The position numbers and the translations under genes were made by a program. 64,000 bases of DNA from an uncultured delta proteobacterium (GTDB taxonomy: Bacteria; Myxococcota_A; Polyangia; Palsa-1104). The DNA lies in contig CAWAWS010000024.1 of assembly GCA_963785725.1 (NCBI GenBank), positions 128,001-192,000 on the forward strand. The letters are read 5' to 3'. Below the pieces are notes generated by a model. The model ran no database searches. It had not been told where the DNA came from and saw only the letters and a list, made by a program, of their open reading frames with translations. Shown here one piece after another: positions 1-9,322 of the stretch (its first letter is position 1; every line of letters begins with the position of its first letter).

Positions 1-1
1 G

Positions 2-109
2 GGCCTAGTGACCTCTTACACGATGGGCGGGTTCATCCACATCTTGTTGGTGCTGGCGGTCGTGGCGGTTGTCATCAGCCTCATCCGCGGGCGTGAACCG
101 CTCGTGTAG
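2..109 (+). CDS. 3' end of lmo0937-family (DUF5670-like) small membrane protein, partial
   Basis: Manual translation GLVTSYTMGGFIHILLVLAVVAVVISLIRGREPLV-TAG; the GGFIHILLV motif is typical of this family; cut by the window edge. Confidence 0.75.
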   Translation, partial: GLVTSYTMGGFIHILLVLAVVAVVISLIRGREPLV

Positions 110-1516
110 CTACGCGCTCAACACCGGCAGTCGCGTCGACGCGCGCTTCATCCGCGTCGGCGCGACCGTGCCCGTCACCGTCGCCGCCAAGTCGTAGTCG
201 GCGTAGCCGGTGACGCGCGCGCGCACGAGATCGCCCGTGCGCGGCGCCTTGACGTCGTCGCCGAGCGCGAGGAACACCGAGCCGTCGATCTCGGGCGCCT
301 GCCCTTCGTGACGTCCGACCATGAGGTATTCGGACTCTTCGCTCGGCCCTTCGACGAGGACTTCGATCTCCTGGCCGATCTGCGCCTTCATCTTCGTGCG
401 CGAGATCTTGCGTTGGATGCGCATGATCTCGCGGCGCCGTTTCTCCATGTCCTTGCCGCTGACGAGGCCCAATTCGTCGGCGAGCTTGGCCGCGTGCGTG
501 CCGTCTTCGTTCGAGTAGGTGAAGACGCCGACGCGGTCGAACTCGGCCTCTTTGACGAAGTCGGCCAAGCGCGCGAACGCCTCGTCGGTCTCGCCGGGAT
601 GGCCGACGATGAACGTCGTGCGCAAGGTGACGCCGGGGATGCGCTCGCGAATCTTCTTCACGAGCGCACGCGTCGTCTTGCCCACGTGACCGCGCCGCAT
701 CTTTTTCAGGACGTCGTCGTCGATGTGCTGCAGCGGCATGTCGATGTACTTGGCGACGCGCGGCTCTTCGGCGACCGCATCGAGCAGCGCATCCGTCGTC
801 GCCGTCGGATAGGCGTAGTGCAAGCGCAGCCAACGCAAGCCGTCGACCTTCGCCAGCCGCCGCACCAGCGACGCCAGCTGCAGCTCGCCGTCGAGATCTT
901 TGCCGTAGGTCGTCAGATCTTGCGCCACGAGGTTGATCTCGAAGGCGCCGCGCGCAACCAAGTCGCGCACTTCGCGCTCGATCGACGCGGCGTCGCGCGA
1001 GCGCTGACCGCCGCGCAGCTTCGGGATGATGCAGAACGAGCAGGGCCGATCGCAGCCTTCGGCGATCTTGACGTAAGCCGTATACGCCGGCATCGACAAC
1101 AGGCGCGGCGTCACGTCGTCGTAGAGGTACGCCGGATCGAGCGAGACGCCGTCGCGCGCGACCTTGCCTTTGATGGCGCCGACGATCTTGTCGACGTCGC
1201 CCGAGCCGAGAAAGTGGTCGACCTCGGGCATGTCGCGCGCCAGATCGCCGGCATAGCGCTGGGTCAAGCAGCCGGTGACGACGAGGTTCTTGCACGCGCC
1301 CTCGGTTTTGAAGCGCGCCATCTCGAGGATCGTGTCGACCGATTCCTCTTTCGCCTCGCCGATGAAGCCGCAGGTGTTGACGACGATGTGATCGGCCTCT
1401 TCAGGCGTCGTCGTGATGGTGTAGCCGGCGCGATCGGTCAACCCGAGCATGACTTCGGTGTCGACGCGATTTTTCGGGCAGCCGAGAGAGACGAAGTAGA
1501 CCGCTTGCTTCTTCAT
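110..1516 (-). CDS. rimO: Ribosomal protein S12 methylthiotransferase RimO
   Basis: SLGCPKNRVD N-terminus, VNTCGFI, radical SAM motif CDRPCSFC, C-terminal TRAM region with QAPEIDG. Confidence 0.95.
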   Translation of the reverse strand: MKKQAVYFVSLGCPKNRVDTEVMLGLTDRAGYTITTTPEEADHIVVNTCGFIGEAKEESVDTILEMARFKTEGACKNLVVTGCLTQRYAGDLARDMPEVDHFLGSGDVDKIVGAIKGKVARDGVSLDPAYLYDDVTPRLLSMPAYTAYVKIAEGCDRPCSFCIIPKLRGGQRSRDAASIEREVRDLVARGAFEINLVAQDLTTYGKDLDGELQLASLVRRLAKVDGLRWLRLHYAYPTATTDALLDAVAEEPRVAKYIDMPLQHIDDDVLKKMRRGHVGKTTRALVKKIRERIPGVTLRTTFIVGHPGETDEAFARLADFVKEAEFDRVGVFTYSNEDGTHAAKLADELGLVSGKDMEKRRREIMRIQRKISRTKMKAQIGQEIEVLVEGPSEESEYLMVGRHEGQAPEIDGSVFLALGDDVKAPRTGDLVRARVTGYADYDLAATVTGTVAPTRMKRASTRLPVLSA

Positions 1517-1535
1517 GAAAACGGCAAAAGCTGAC

Positions 1536-2840
1536 CTAGTGCGGGCCGCCTGTCAAGGACTGCACGGCCTCGACCGACACCGGCGCGACGTCGGGCACCG
1601 GCGTGCGGTCGTGCTCGCCGGCGAAATCGCCGAGGCCGCGGCGACGGCGGCGCGCGCTCAAGGCGACGAGCAAGAAGCCGCCGACGACGCCGGTTCCGGC
1701 GCACAAATAGAGCGCCATCGACAGGCCGTGCGCGTCGATGAGCACGCCGGCGATGGGCGCGAACGCGCCGAACGCCAGGCGGCGCGCCATCGATTCGACG
1801 CTGAGCACGGTCGCGCGCTGGCCCGAGTCGGCGATCTCGCGATTGAGCAGCTCCTTCGTAAACGGCGAATACAGACCGTTGACGAGCGCTTGCACGGCCA
1901 AGAGCGTGACGCACCAAATGGAGTCGAAGCGGCCCAAGATGGCGTAGCTGATGGCCAGCGCCAGCGGCAAGCTCCAGACGATCCACTTCTCGCCGATGAG
2001 GCGGCGGAAGCCGTCGATGCGCTGCGCGCCGGCGGCGCCGACGAACGACATCGCCGCCATCGTGATGCCGATGCCGACCGTCGACAGGCCGGCCACGTGC
2101 AAGTAGGGCTGCTGCCAATAGAGCGACATGCGCAAGAGTGTGAAGATGAGGACGCTGAAGCCGACGGCGAAACGCAGCGGCGCCTGCGTGACGACGGCGC
2201 GGGCGGCGTGCGCCATGCCGTGCAGGAAGTCGCTGTCGTCGTCGCGCGTAAAAGGCGGCTCGCGCATCATCATGGCGACGAGCGCGGCGGCGGCGCAGAC
2301 GCACGCGGTCGCGGCGTAGGTCGCCGCCGGCGCGTGCCGGCCGACGAAGCCGCCGGCGGCGAGCGCCAAGGCGGTGCCGATGAGCTTGGCGGCGGTGGCC
2401 GAGCCTTCGCGGCGGCGATATTCGTGCTCGCGGCCGTTGGCGCGCAAGAGATCGTACAGGTAGGCCGAGTCGGCGCCGGAGGTCAGCGTCATGCCCAGCG
2501 CGAGTAAGCCTTCGCCGAGCGCGAACGTCCAAAAGTCGCGGCCGTTGTAGTCGACGACGCAGCCGATGGCCATGAGCAGCGAGCCGAGCATCATGGCGCG
2601 ACAGCGGCCGAAGCGATCGGCGAGCGCGCCCGTCGGCACCTCGAACACGATGGCGGTCAACGCGTAGACGCTGTTGAGGAGCGCGATGTGCGTGAAATCG
2701 AGCGTGCGGCTGGCGAAGAAGCTCACCATCACCGGCTGAAACAGATACGACGTCGACAACAGCCGATAGACCTGGAACAGCTTCAGGTCGCGCGAGAGCC
2801 GCGCGTCGTCGCGCCGGCGATTGGGCACCGACGGGCTCAC
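1536..2840 (-). CDS. MFS transporter
   Basis: FEVPTGALADRFGR motif A, SGADSAYLYD, about 12 hydrophobic segments. Likely GTG start at 2840; the frame stays open up to GTG 3083 through repeat DNA. Confidence 0.85.
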   Translation of the reverse strand: MSPSVPNRRRDDARLSRDLKLFQVYRLLSTSYLFQPVMVSFFASRTLDFTHIALLNSVYALTAIVFEVPTGALADRFGRCRAMMLGSLLMAIGCVVDYNGRDFWTFALGEGLLALGMTLTSGADSAYLYDLLRANGREHEYRRREGSATAAKLIGTALALAAGGFVGRHAPAATYAATACVCAAAALVAMMMREPPFTRDDDSDFLHGMAHAARAVVTQAPLRFAVGFSVLIFTLLRMSLYWQQPYLHVAGLSTVGIGITMAAMSFVGAAGAQRIDGFRRLIGEKWIVWSLPLALAISYAILGRFDSIWCVTLLAVQALVNGLYSPFTKELLNREIADSGQRATVLSVESMARRLAFGAFAPIAGVLIDAHGLSMALYLCAGTGVVGGFLLVALSARRRRRGLGDFAGEHDRTPVPDVAPVSVEAVQSLTGGPH

Positions 2841-2894
2841 GGCCGCACTCGTGCCGCGGCCGGAGCATTCTGCTCCGGGACGGCACTCGTCTCG

Positions 2895-3172
2895 ATCGAA
2901 GGGGGCAAGCCCCCCTCGTCGAGCTGAGCTCGACGAGCCTCCCCACGGCCGGACTCCCGGCCGACGGCCGCTTTGCGGCCTCTCGCGTAATCGAAACGCC
3001 TGGGTGGAAGCGCGCGCCGCGGCTGGCCCGCGGATTCGATCCGCCGGCCGGACGCTCACGTTCGCTCGCTCACGCTCGCTCACGGCCGCACCAGATGCGT
3101 CCGCGAGCCCGCCGCTCGTTCCGCTGGCCCTACGGGCCGGACGCTCACGTTCGCTCGCTCACGCTCGCTCAC
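2895..3172. repeat. REP-like mosaic: 38-bp perfect direct repeat (3046-3083 and 3135-3172) plus short GC hairpins
   Basis: GGCCGGACGCTCACGTTCGCTCGCTCACGCTCGCTCAC occurs twice, 89 bp apart; hairpins GGGGGCAAGCCCCC, GGCCGGACTCCCGGCC and GGCCGCTTTGCGGCC lie between 2895 and 2980. Confidence 0.85.
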
Positions 3173-4206
3173 TGAAAGACCAACACCTTGTCTTCGCCGA
3201 ACTGCGCGATGAGGCCGTCGACGTAGCGCAACGCGACGTCACGACGCGCGATCACCGATTGCATCTCGGGCTCGGTCAACACGCCGGGCTCGGGCGAGAG
3301 CGCTTGGCGCAGGCCGACCAAATCGAGACGGCGTAGCGCCGCCACCATCTTCTTCGAGAACTTTTGGCAGCGGAACAGATAGGTGCGGCAGCGCAGGTGA
3401 CCTTCGGGCTCGATTTGGAAGCCGAAGGTGTTGTCCATCCAGAAGAGGACGCGGCCGTCTTTGGACGTCATCAAGTTACCGCCCGAGAAGCGATCGCTGT
3501 TGTTGGTCAGCATGTCGAACAGCAATAGCGACGACAGCTGGCTCATCAAGTTGACCTTGTCGGCGGGCAGCTCTTCTCCGACGGTCATCCAGCGCCACCA
3601 AGCGAGCACGTTGTCGAGCGTGTCGAGGTGCGAGTCGACGATGACGGGAATCCAGTAGCTGAGCTCGCCGCGCGTGAAGCCTTCGTCGTCGAAGGTCGTC
3701 TCGGCTTCGATGCGGCGCGCGAGAAACAGCGCGTCGGGCGGCAGCTTGCCGACGAGATCGTCGTGATGGAACGTGCGCATCGTCGCCGGCGGCACGACGT
3801 TGAAGCCGAGCCAGCGATTGAGTCGATAGGCCGCCACTTCTTTGCGCGGCACCGTCTGCGGATTGATCTGCTCGGGCTTGAAGGCGGCGCGCGATCCGTC
3901 GGCGAAGTCGAGGCGAAAGCTGATCGACGAGCCGCCCTTATTGAGCTTGGCCTGCTTGATCTCCGAGATGCGCATGCGATCGATCAGCATCTCGTCGTTC
4001 ATGCCGAGGAACGTGCCGGTGATCTCGGTCGTGACGTCGACGGGCGACGGCTCGAACCGCTCGGAGTCGAGCGGAACCAGCATCGTCGAATGTAACGCCC
4101 CGCCCGGCCTGACCGCGTGGCGCAACCGTTGCGCGCCGGTAAACACACCGGCGCCGGCTCCCCCCACGGCGAGGCACTCGAGCAGCACGAAAGCCCAGAG
4201 CCGCAC
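3169..4206 (-). CDS. FAM20C/Four-jointed-like atypical kinase with N-terminal signal/anchor
   Basis: AAFKP, KEVAAYRLNRWLGFNVVPP, FDMLTNNSDRF and WMDNTFGF parallel FAM20-family motifs; hydrophobic N-terminus. Confidence 0.7.
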   Translation of the reverse strand: MRLWAFVLLECLAVGGAGAGVFTGAQRLRHAVRPGGALHSTMLVPLDSERFEPSPVDVTTEITGTFLGMNDEMLIDRMRISEIKQAKLNKGGSSISFRLDFADGSRAAFKPEQINPQTVPRKEVAAYRLNRWLGFNVVPPATMRTFHHDDLVGKLPPDALFLARRIEAETTFDDEGFTRGELSYWIPVIVDSHLDTLDNVLAWWRWMTVGEELPADKVNLMSQLSSLLLFDMLTNNSDRFSGGNLMTSKDGRVLFWMDNTFGFQIEPEGHLRCRTYLFRCQKFSKKMVAALRRLDLVGLRQALSPEPGVLTEPEMQSVIARRDVALRYVDGLIAQFGEDKVLVFQ

Positions 4207-4358
4207 AACTCAAGAGGCTATCACCCGCATTTGGCGATCTCAAATTTCACACCCACATTTCTTACATTTCTTTACAGGTCAGACTTTGTTGACGGTTTTC
4301 GCAGACATCTGCGCCGTGGTGCGAGCCGCGGGTCGTCGTTGTGATACGCTCACGGGCC

Positions 4359-4556
4359 ATGGCGCCTCTCGCCGTCTGCTCGATGTGCCGTAAGCCCATC
4401 AACCTCGGATCGAAGTATTGGCGCTGCTCGGTGTCGACCTGCAACTCGGGGCGCATCAAGCTGATGTTCTGCTCGGTGAGCTGCTGGGACGCGCACTTGC
4501 CGACGGCGCGACACCGCAACGCGTCGGCGATCGAGGAAGTGGCGAAGCCGCAGTAG
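4359..4556 (+). CDS. Small Cys-rich putative zinc-finger protein (65 aa)
   Basis: CSMC...CSVSTC...FCSVSCWDAH pattern; divergent from the kinase across an AT-rich gap. Confidence 0.7.
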   Translation: MAPLAVCSMCRKPINLGSKYWRCSVSTCNSGRIKLMFCSVSCWDAHLPTARHRNASAIEEVAKPQ

Positions 4557-4727
4557 GCGGGCCGCCCGCGCCGCCGGAGGGTTGCGGCCGGCGACGATCG
4601 ATTCTCGCGGTCGCGCGCGGATCAAGTGGGACGGCGGGTCCCCAAGGGCGGCCCCCAGCCGCCCTCCCTCGTTATCGCCAACCTCGCCGGAAAGTTGCGT
4701 GCGGAGAATGCAGCCGCGAGCGCTCGC

Positions 4728-5624
4728 CTAATCCAGCTCGGTCAGCGTCCGCGCCACGACCGCCGCGATCGTCCGCTGCGTCTTGGCCCGCACCCGCTGC
4801 CCATCGACCGACAGCGACAGGCGATCGCGCACGTCCCAGCCGCGCACGCGCACCTCGGCCAGCTCGCCACGCGCCACGTGCGCCGCGGCTGCGATCGCCG
4901 GGCCGAAGATGAGCTGCCCCGTTTCGCGCGCCAAATCGAGCCCGACGACGAGCGTCTGCGACTGATGCCCGAGCCGGCGCCGACTGTGCGACAGCGGGCA
5001 GCCGTCGTCGGCGGGCACGAACTGGCCGTTGACGTTGTAGATCGGTGTGACGAACGGAATCTCCTGCAGCTTGCGCTGATCGACCGGCCCCGGACCGAGT
5101 GAGCGCACGAGCTCGGGCGGACCGTAAAGCGCCTTGCGCACGTGGCCGACCGAGAGGTTGACCCAGGCGCCCGGCAGCTGCTCGTCACCGACGATCAATG
5201 CCAGATCGAAGAAGTTCTCGACGGCATACGCGCGCACGAGCGCCGGCGGCAGCTCGAGGCCGCGCAAGCGCGCACCGGTCAGCGCGGCGGCGATGCGCGG
5301 CAGGAAGATCACGTTCAAATAGGACGGCGCCGCCAGCGCCAGCTCCTCTTCCGCGCCCGGCTGCGGCCTGAGCTGCGTCAAGCGCGCGGCGACCTCTTCC
5401 AGCTGCGGAATGATGCGCTGGCCGTCGTCGCTGACGAGCACGCCGCGCGTCGAGCGCGCCAAGAGCTGCACGCCGAGCTGCCGCTCCAGCCGATGCACCG
5501 CCTTCGAGACCTGCGACGGCGTCACCTTCAACGCCCGCGCCGCGCCGGTGATGGCGCCGCAGCGATGAACCGTCAAGAAGGTGATGAGATCGCCGAAGCG
5601 GAGATCGCCCATCCCCTCCTTCAC
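4728..5624 (-). CDS. LysR-family transcriptional regulator
   Basis: HTH segment GAITGAARALKVTPSQVSKAVHRLERQLGVQLLARSTR; 298 aa. Confidence 0.9.
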   Translation of the reverse strand: MKEGMGDLRFGDLITFLTVHRCGAITGAARALKVTPSQVSKAVHRLERQLGVQLLARSTRGVLVSDDGQRIIPQLEEVAARLTQLRPQPGAEEELALAAPSYLNVIFLPRIAAALTGARLRGLELPPALVRAYAVENFFDLALIVGDEQLPGAWVNLSVGHVRKALYGPPELVRSLGPGPVDQRKLQEIPFVTPIYNVNGQFVPADDGCPLSHSRRRLGHQSQTLVVGLDLARETGQLIFGPAIAAAAHVARGELAEVRVRGWDVRDRLSLSVDGQRVRAKTQRTIAAVVARTLTELD

Positions 5625-6707
5625 CGCTTGCCCTCGACACGATCGATCGCCGTCTGCAGGTCGGCTTCGCTGTGGACGCCGCGCAGCACCGTCGCCACTT
5701 TGCCTTCGCCGTCGAGCAACACCGTATGCGGGATGGTCTGGACTTGATACGCGACCGAGATCGAGCCGTCGTCGAGCGCCACCGGCATGTGCAGGCCGAG
5801 CTCGCGCGCGGCTTTGGCGGCGGCGTCGCGATCGCCCTCGGTGTTCACGGCGTACAAACGCGTCGCGTGGCCGGGCTGTTTCAGGCGCTCGGCGATGCGC
5901 TCGACGCCCGGCAATTCACCGCGACAAGGCCCGCACCACGAGGCCCAAAAGACGAGCGCGACGGGATGGCCGTGCTCGGCCGCGAGGTGCAGCGTGCCGC
6001 CGTCGAGCAGCGGCGCCGAGAAGTCGGGGGCGAGCGCGCCCGGTTTGGTCGTGACGTGAGCCACGCTGCTCCAGTTGCGCTGAAGCTGCCAAGCGTTCAG
6101 CGCGCCGAGCACAACCAGCGCGGCGACGAGCGCGCGGCCGGCCCAGCGGCTCACGGAGGGCGATGGCGCGCTAGCGGTTGCGCTCGACGAGGCTGCCGCT
6201 GACGGCGGTCGGCGCGCGGCATCGACGGCCAGCGCCCACACGACGACGGCCCACGCGACCGCGATGCCGGTGACGATCTGCCGCACCAGCTGCGACGGCG
6301 CGTGGCCGACCGCGCTGTAGGCCAGCGAGCCGGCCACTTGCACGCTCAGATACGGCACCCACGCGTAGGCCGCGAGATCGGCCGAGCGACCATGACCGCG
6401 CGCGCCCTTGGGCACGAACAGCGACATCATCGATCCCCGCCAGCAACACGCCGAGCACGTCGGGGAGCAGCTGCTGGAACGTGCCCATCAAGCCGAAGAG
6501 GCCGGCGTCGAGGCCCGCTTCGACGCCGAGCACGAACGCGCGGGCGATGAGCGGCAGCCAGCCGGCGACGAGCCAGCCGCACATGAGGAGCGCGATGTCG
6601 CCGGCCCGCGCTTCGCCGTCGGCCAGCCGCGCCAAAGTCGCCCGCGGCGCGACGAGCACGCCGCCGACGCGCGCGGCAAACCCGAGCCGCGCCACCCCGC
6701 CGCTCAT
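5621..6707 (-). CDS. Membrane-anchored TlpA-like thiol:disulfide oxidoreductase (apparent frameshift near 6431)
   Basis: FWASWCGPC and TIPHTVLLD at the C-terminus. The N-terminal membrane part starts at ATG 6707 (ATGA overlap) in another frame and joins at ...LAGI/MMSLF. Confidence 0.75.
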
Positions 6708-7846
6708 GCGTTGCGCTGCGACAACATCTGCTTGGCCGCCGTCCCCAGCGCCGAGGGAATGCCCTTGGAACGCGACAGCGCCTTCAGATCTTTGACGCTC
6801 AGGTGCGGCAAGAAGCGCATCGAGATCGGCAGCGGACATTTCGGATTATTGACCAACGCTACTTTGATGCCGTAGAGGCGCACCCATTGTCGCGCGTTGG
6901 CGATGAATCGGATGATGTCGTCGTCGAGCCCGCGATTGCCGGCATAACGCAAGGCTTCCATGTCGTTGACGCCGGGCGAGCGAATGGCCGCCATCGCAAC
7001 TTGTTTATTCTTGTCGCGAATGAGCACGGCGCGCGCGAACGAGTTGCCGAGCGTCGCCAGCCGAATCTTGCCCGCCGGCGACAGCTCGGAGATCTTGAGC
7101 GTCTTCTCTTCATCGGGGCTTTCGGCCGCGAGCTCGGCGGCGGCGGCGTCGGCTTCGGCTTGCGCCAAGGCCTCCGCTTCGTCGACGGCGACCAGCTGCA
7201 GGCCCGCCGACGCGTCGACGGCGACGGTCGCCGCGGCCGCGAACTTCGCGTCCTCTTCCGGCGAAATCGTAGGCGCGCCGCCCGACTGCTCGATCGCCTT
7301 GGCCGCTTCGTCGAACGCCGCGATGCCCTCGACGCGCACGTTGTTGCGCACGGCCAGCTCGAGCGCGCGCTGCGCCGTCGACATGCGCGTCTTCGGGTTG
7401 AGATAGAGCGCCGCGATGATCGCCGGATGGCGCAAGAGGCGCTCCTCGTTCTTGGCGATCATCTCCAGGCCCGTGTCGTCAACCAGCGTCGCCAGGTGGC
7501 GGAACGTCTCGTCGTCGGCGGCGCGGTTGAGCAAGAGACGCTCGAGCAGCGCCGGCTTTTGAAACACCCGGCGCGCGAAAAAATCCAAGACGCGCGGGTC
7601 GAGCGGCTCGCCGAGCGCGCCGCCCAAGATCTTCTCCGGCAGCTCCACCGCGGTCTTGAACGCCGCCGACCTCACCGCTTCGTCTTCCGCGAACGACAGC
7701 TGATAGAGCGCGACCGCCAAGTCGCCGGGCGGCATGGGCGCGAGGCCGCGCGCGGCCATCAAACGCAGCGGCGCCGGCGCTTTGGGCCCGACGGCGCGCT
7801 CGACGCCGGGCGGCAGCTGCGTCAGCGGCGTCAGCTCTAACGCCAC
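6704..7846 (-). CDS. Conserved hypothetical alpha-helical protein
   Basis: 380-aa ORF with typical codon use, coupled between coaX and the TlpA gene; ALVNNPKCP and LIRDKNKQVA helical-repeat-like segments. Confidence 0.75.
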   Translation of the reverse strand: MALELTPLTQLPPGVERAVGPKAPAPLRLMAARGLAPMPPGDLAVALYQLSFAEDEAVRSAAFKTAVELPEKILGGALGEPLDPRVLDFFARRVFQKPALLERLLLNRAADDETFRHLATLVDDTGLEMIAKNEERLLRHPAIIAALYLNPKTRMSTAQRALELAVRNNVRVEGIAAFDEAAKAIEQSGGAPTISPEEDAKFAAAATVAVDASAGLQLVAVDEAEALAQAEADAAAAELAAESPDEEKTLKISELSPAGKIRLATLGNSFARAVLIRDKNKQVAMAAIRSPGVNDMEALRYAGNRGLDDDIIRFIANARQWVRLYGIKVALVNNPKCPLPISMRFLPHLSVKDLKALSRSKGIPSALGTAAKQMLSQRNA

Positions 7847-7850
7847 GTCG

Positions 7851-8627
7851 TCACCGATTGCGCTCCCACAAGATCCCGAGGCCGTTCAAGGTCAACATCT
7901 CGTCGGTGTGCTGGATGGTCTTGGAGTCGCTGGCGATGAGCGGCGCCAAGCCGCCGGTGGCGACGACGGTGCACGGAAAGTCGACGGCGGCGCGCATGCG
8001 CGTGACGATCTCGTCGGTGAGGCCGACGTAGCCGTAGAAGAGGCCAGCCTGCATCGAGTTGACGGTGTTCTTGCCGATGACCGAAGGCGGCCGCATGAAC
8101 TCGACTTTGGGCAGCTTGGCGGCGGCTTGATAGAGCGCGTCGGCCGACGTCGTGATGCCGGTCGCGATGGCGCCGCCGGCGTATTCGCCCTTCGGCGTCA
8201 CCAGATCGAACGTCGTGGCCGTGCCGAAGTCGACGACGATGCAGCCCGACTTGAAGCGCTCGAACGCCGCGATGGAGTTGACGATGCGATCGGCGCCGAC
8301 CTCTTTCGGGTTGTCGATCAAGATCGGCATGCCCGTCTTGATGCCGGGTCCGACGATGAACGGCTTCGTATGTAAATATTGTTCGAAGAAGCCCGTGAGC
8401 GCGAACAGCGCCGAGGGCACCACCGTCGAGACGATGCCGCCGTCGAGCTTCCACGGCAAGCCGGCCAACTGCGCCAGCTCGTGCAGCGTCGCCGCGTATT
8501 CGTCGGCGGTGCGGCGCGCGCGCGTCTCCAGCCGCCAATGCGCGCGCAAGGCGCCGGCGCGTCCGCCTTCCGCGGAGAACACGCCGACCACGGTGTTGGT
8601 GTTGCCCACGTCGACCACGAGGAGCAT
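7851..8627 (-). CDS. coaX: Type III pantothenate kinase
   Basis: VDVGNTNT, VGADR, VDFGTATT, ATGG motifs. Confidence 0.95.
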   Translation of the reverse strand: MLLVVDVGNTNTVVGVFSAEGGRAGALRAHWRLETRARRTADEYAATLHELAQLAGLPWKLDGGIVSTVVPSALFALTGFFEQYLHTKPFIVGPGIKTGMPILIDNPKEVGADRIVNSIAAFERFKSGCIVVDFGTATTFDLVTPKGEYAGGAIATGITTSADALYQAAAKLPKVEFMRPPSVIGKNTVNSMQAGLFYGYVGLTDEIVTRMRAAVDFPCTVVATGGLAPLIASDSKTIQHTDEMLTLNGLGILWERNR

Positions 8628-8731
8628 GCGGCGGTAAGCGTAACATGGCGGCGCGGCACAATCAGCGGGCGGCGCGCCGACGTCTTTTGCGCCCGTTAGT
8701 TTTGCGCGGTCGCTTGCGTTATCATGGACGA

Positions 8732-9286
8732 GTGGTCGAACCGGCAGTCTCGTGGGCGACGTCGTTCCTGTCGCTGCGCCAGTTCGTCGACGAGACCTAC
8801 GGCGCCGGCTCGTTTCGGCGGCTGCGCGAGGCGCTGAAGCAGCAGCACGACATCGAGCTCCCGCAGCCGATCGTGCTCGGCACCTGGCTGCCGACGCTGC
8901 ATCTCGTGACCGCGCAGGCGACGGCGCACGAGCTCTTCGGCCCGCCCGATTTTCACGCGCGCCTCGGCTGGGCCGCCGCCGCCTACGAGCTGACGTGGCT
9001 GCAGCGGCTGGCGATGCGCTTTACGTCGCCGCAGTTCTTCCTCGAGCGCGGCGCGCAACATTGGCGCGGCCGGCACAGCTCGGGCACGTGGACGTATGAC
9101 TCGCGGCCGCACTGGATTCGCGGCACGCTGCGCGACTTCGCCGTCGTCGACGCCGGCTTTTGCGCCATGATGCGCGCCTGGCTCACGCACGCCTGCGTCA
9201 TGACCGGCGCCGGCAAGGCCTACGTCGTCGAGCGCGAGTGCCGCGCCAAAGGCGCCGACGCCTGCATCTTCGAAGGCAGCTGGTGA
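8732..9286 (+). CDS. V4R/H-NOX-like ligand-binding domain protein
   Basis: C-terminal ECRAKGADACIFEGSW is V4R-like; GTG start at 8732 inferred. Confidence 0.6.
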   Translation: MVEPAVSWATSFLSLRQFVDETYGAGSFRRLREALKQQHDIELPQPIVLGTWLPTLHLVTAQATAHELFGPPDFHARLGWAAAAYELTWLQRLAMRFTSPQFFLERGAQHWRGRHSSGTWTYDSRPHWIRGTLRDFAVVDAGFCAMMRAWLTHACVMTGAGKAYVVERECRAKGADACIFEGSW

Positions 9287-9322
9287 CACGAGGCCCCGGC
9301 TCGCGTTAAAATTCCGCCGCCC

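Noticed and set aside
3046..3172. 38-bp repeat pair with 51-bp spacer as a mini-CRISPR
   Set aside because: Only two copies, internally repetitive (GCTCAC/GCTC), overlaps a stop codon, no leader or cas genes
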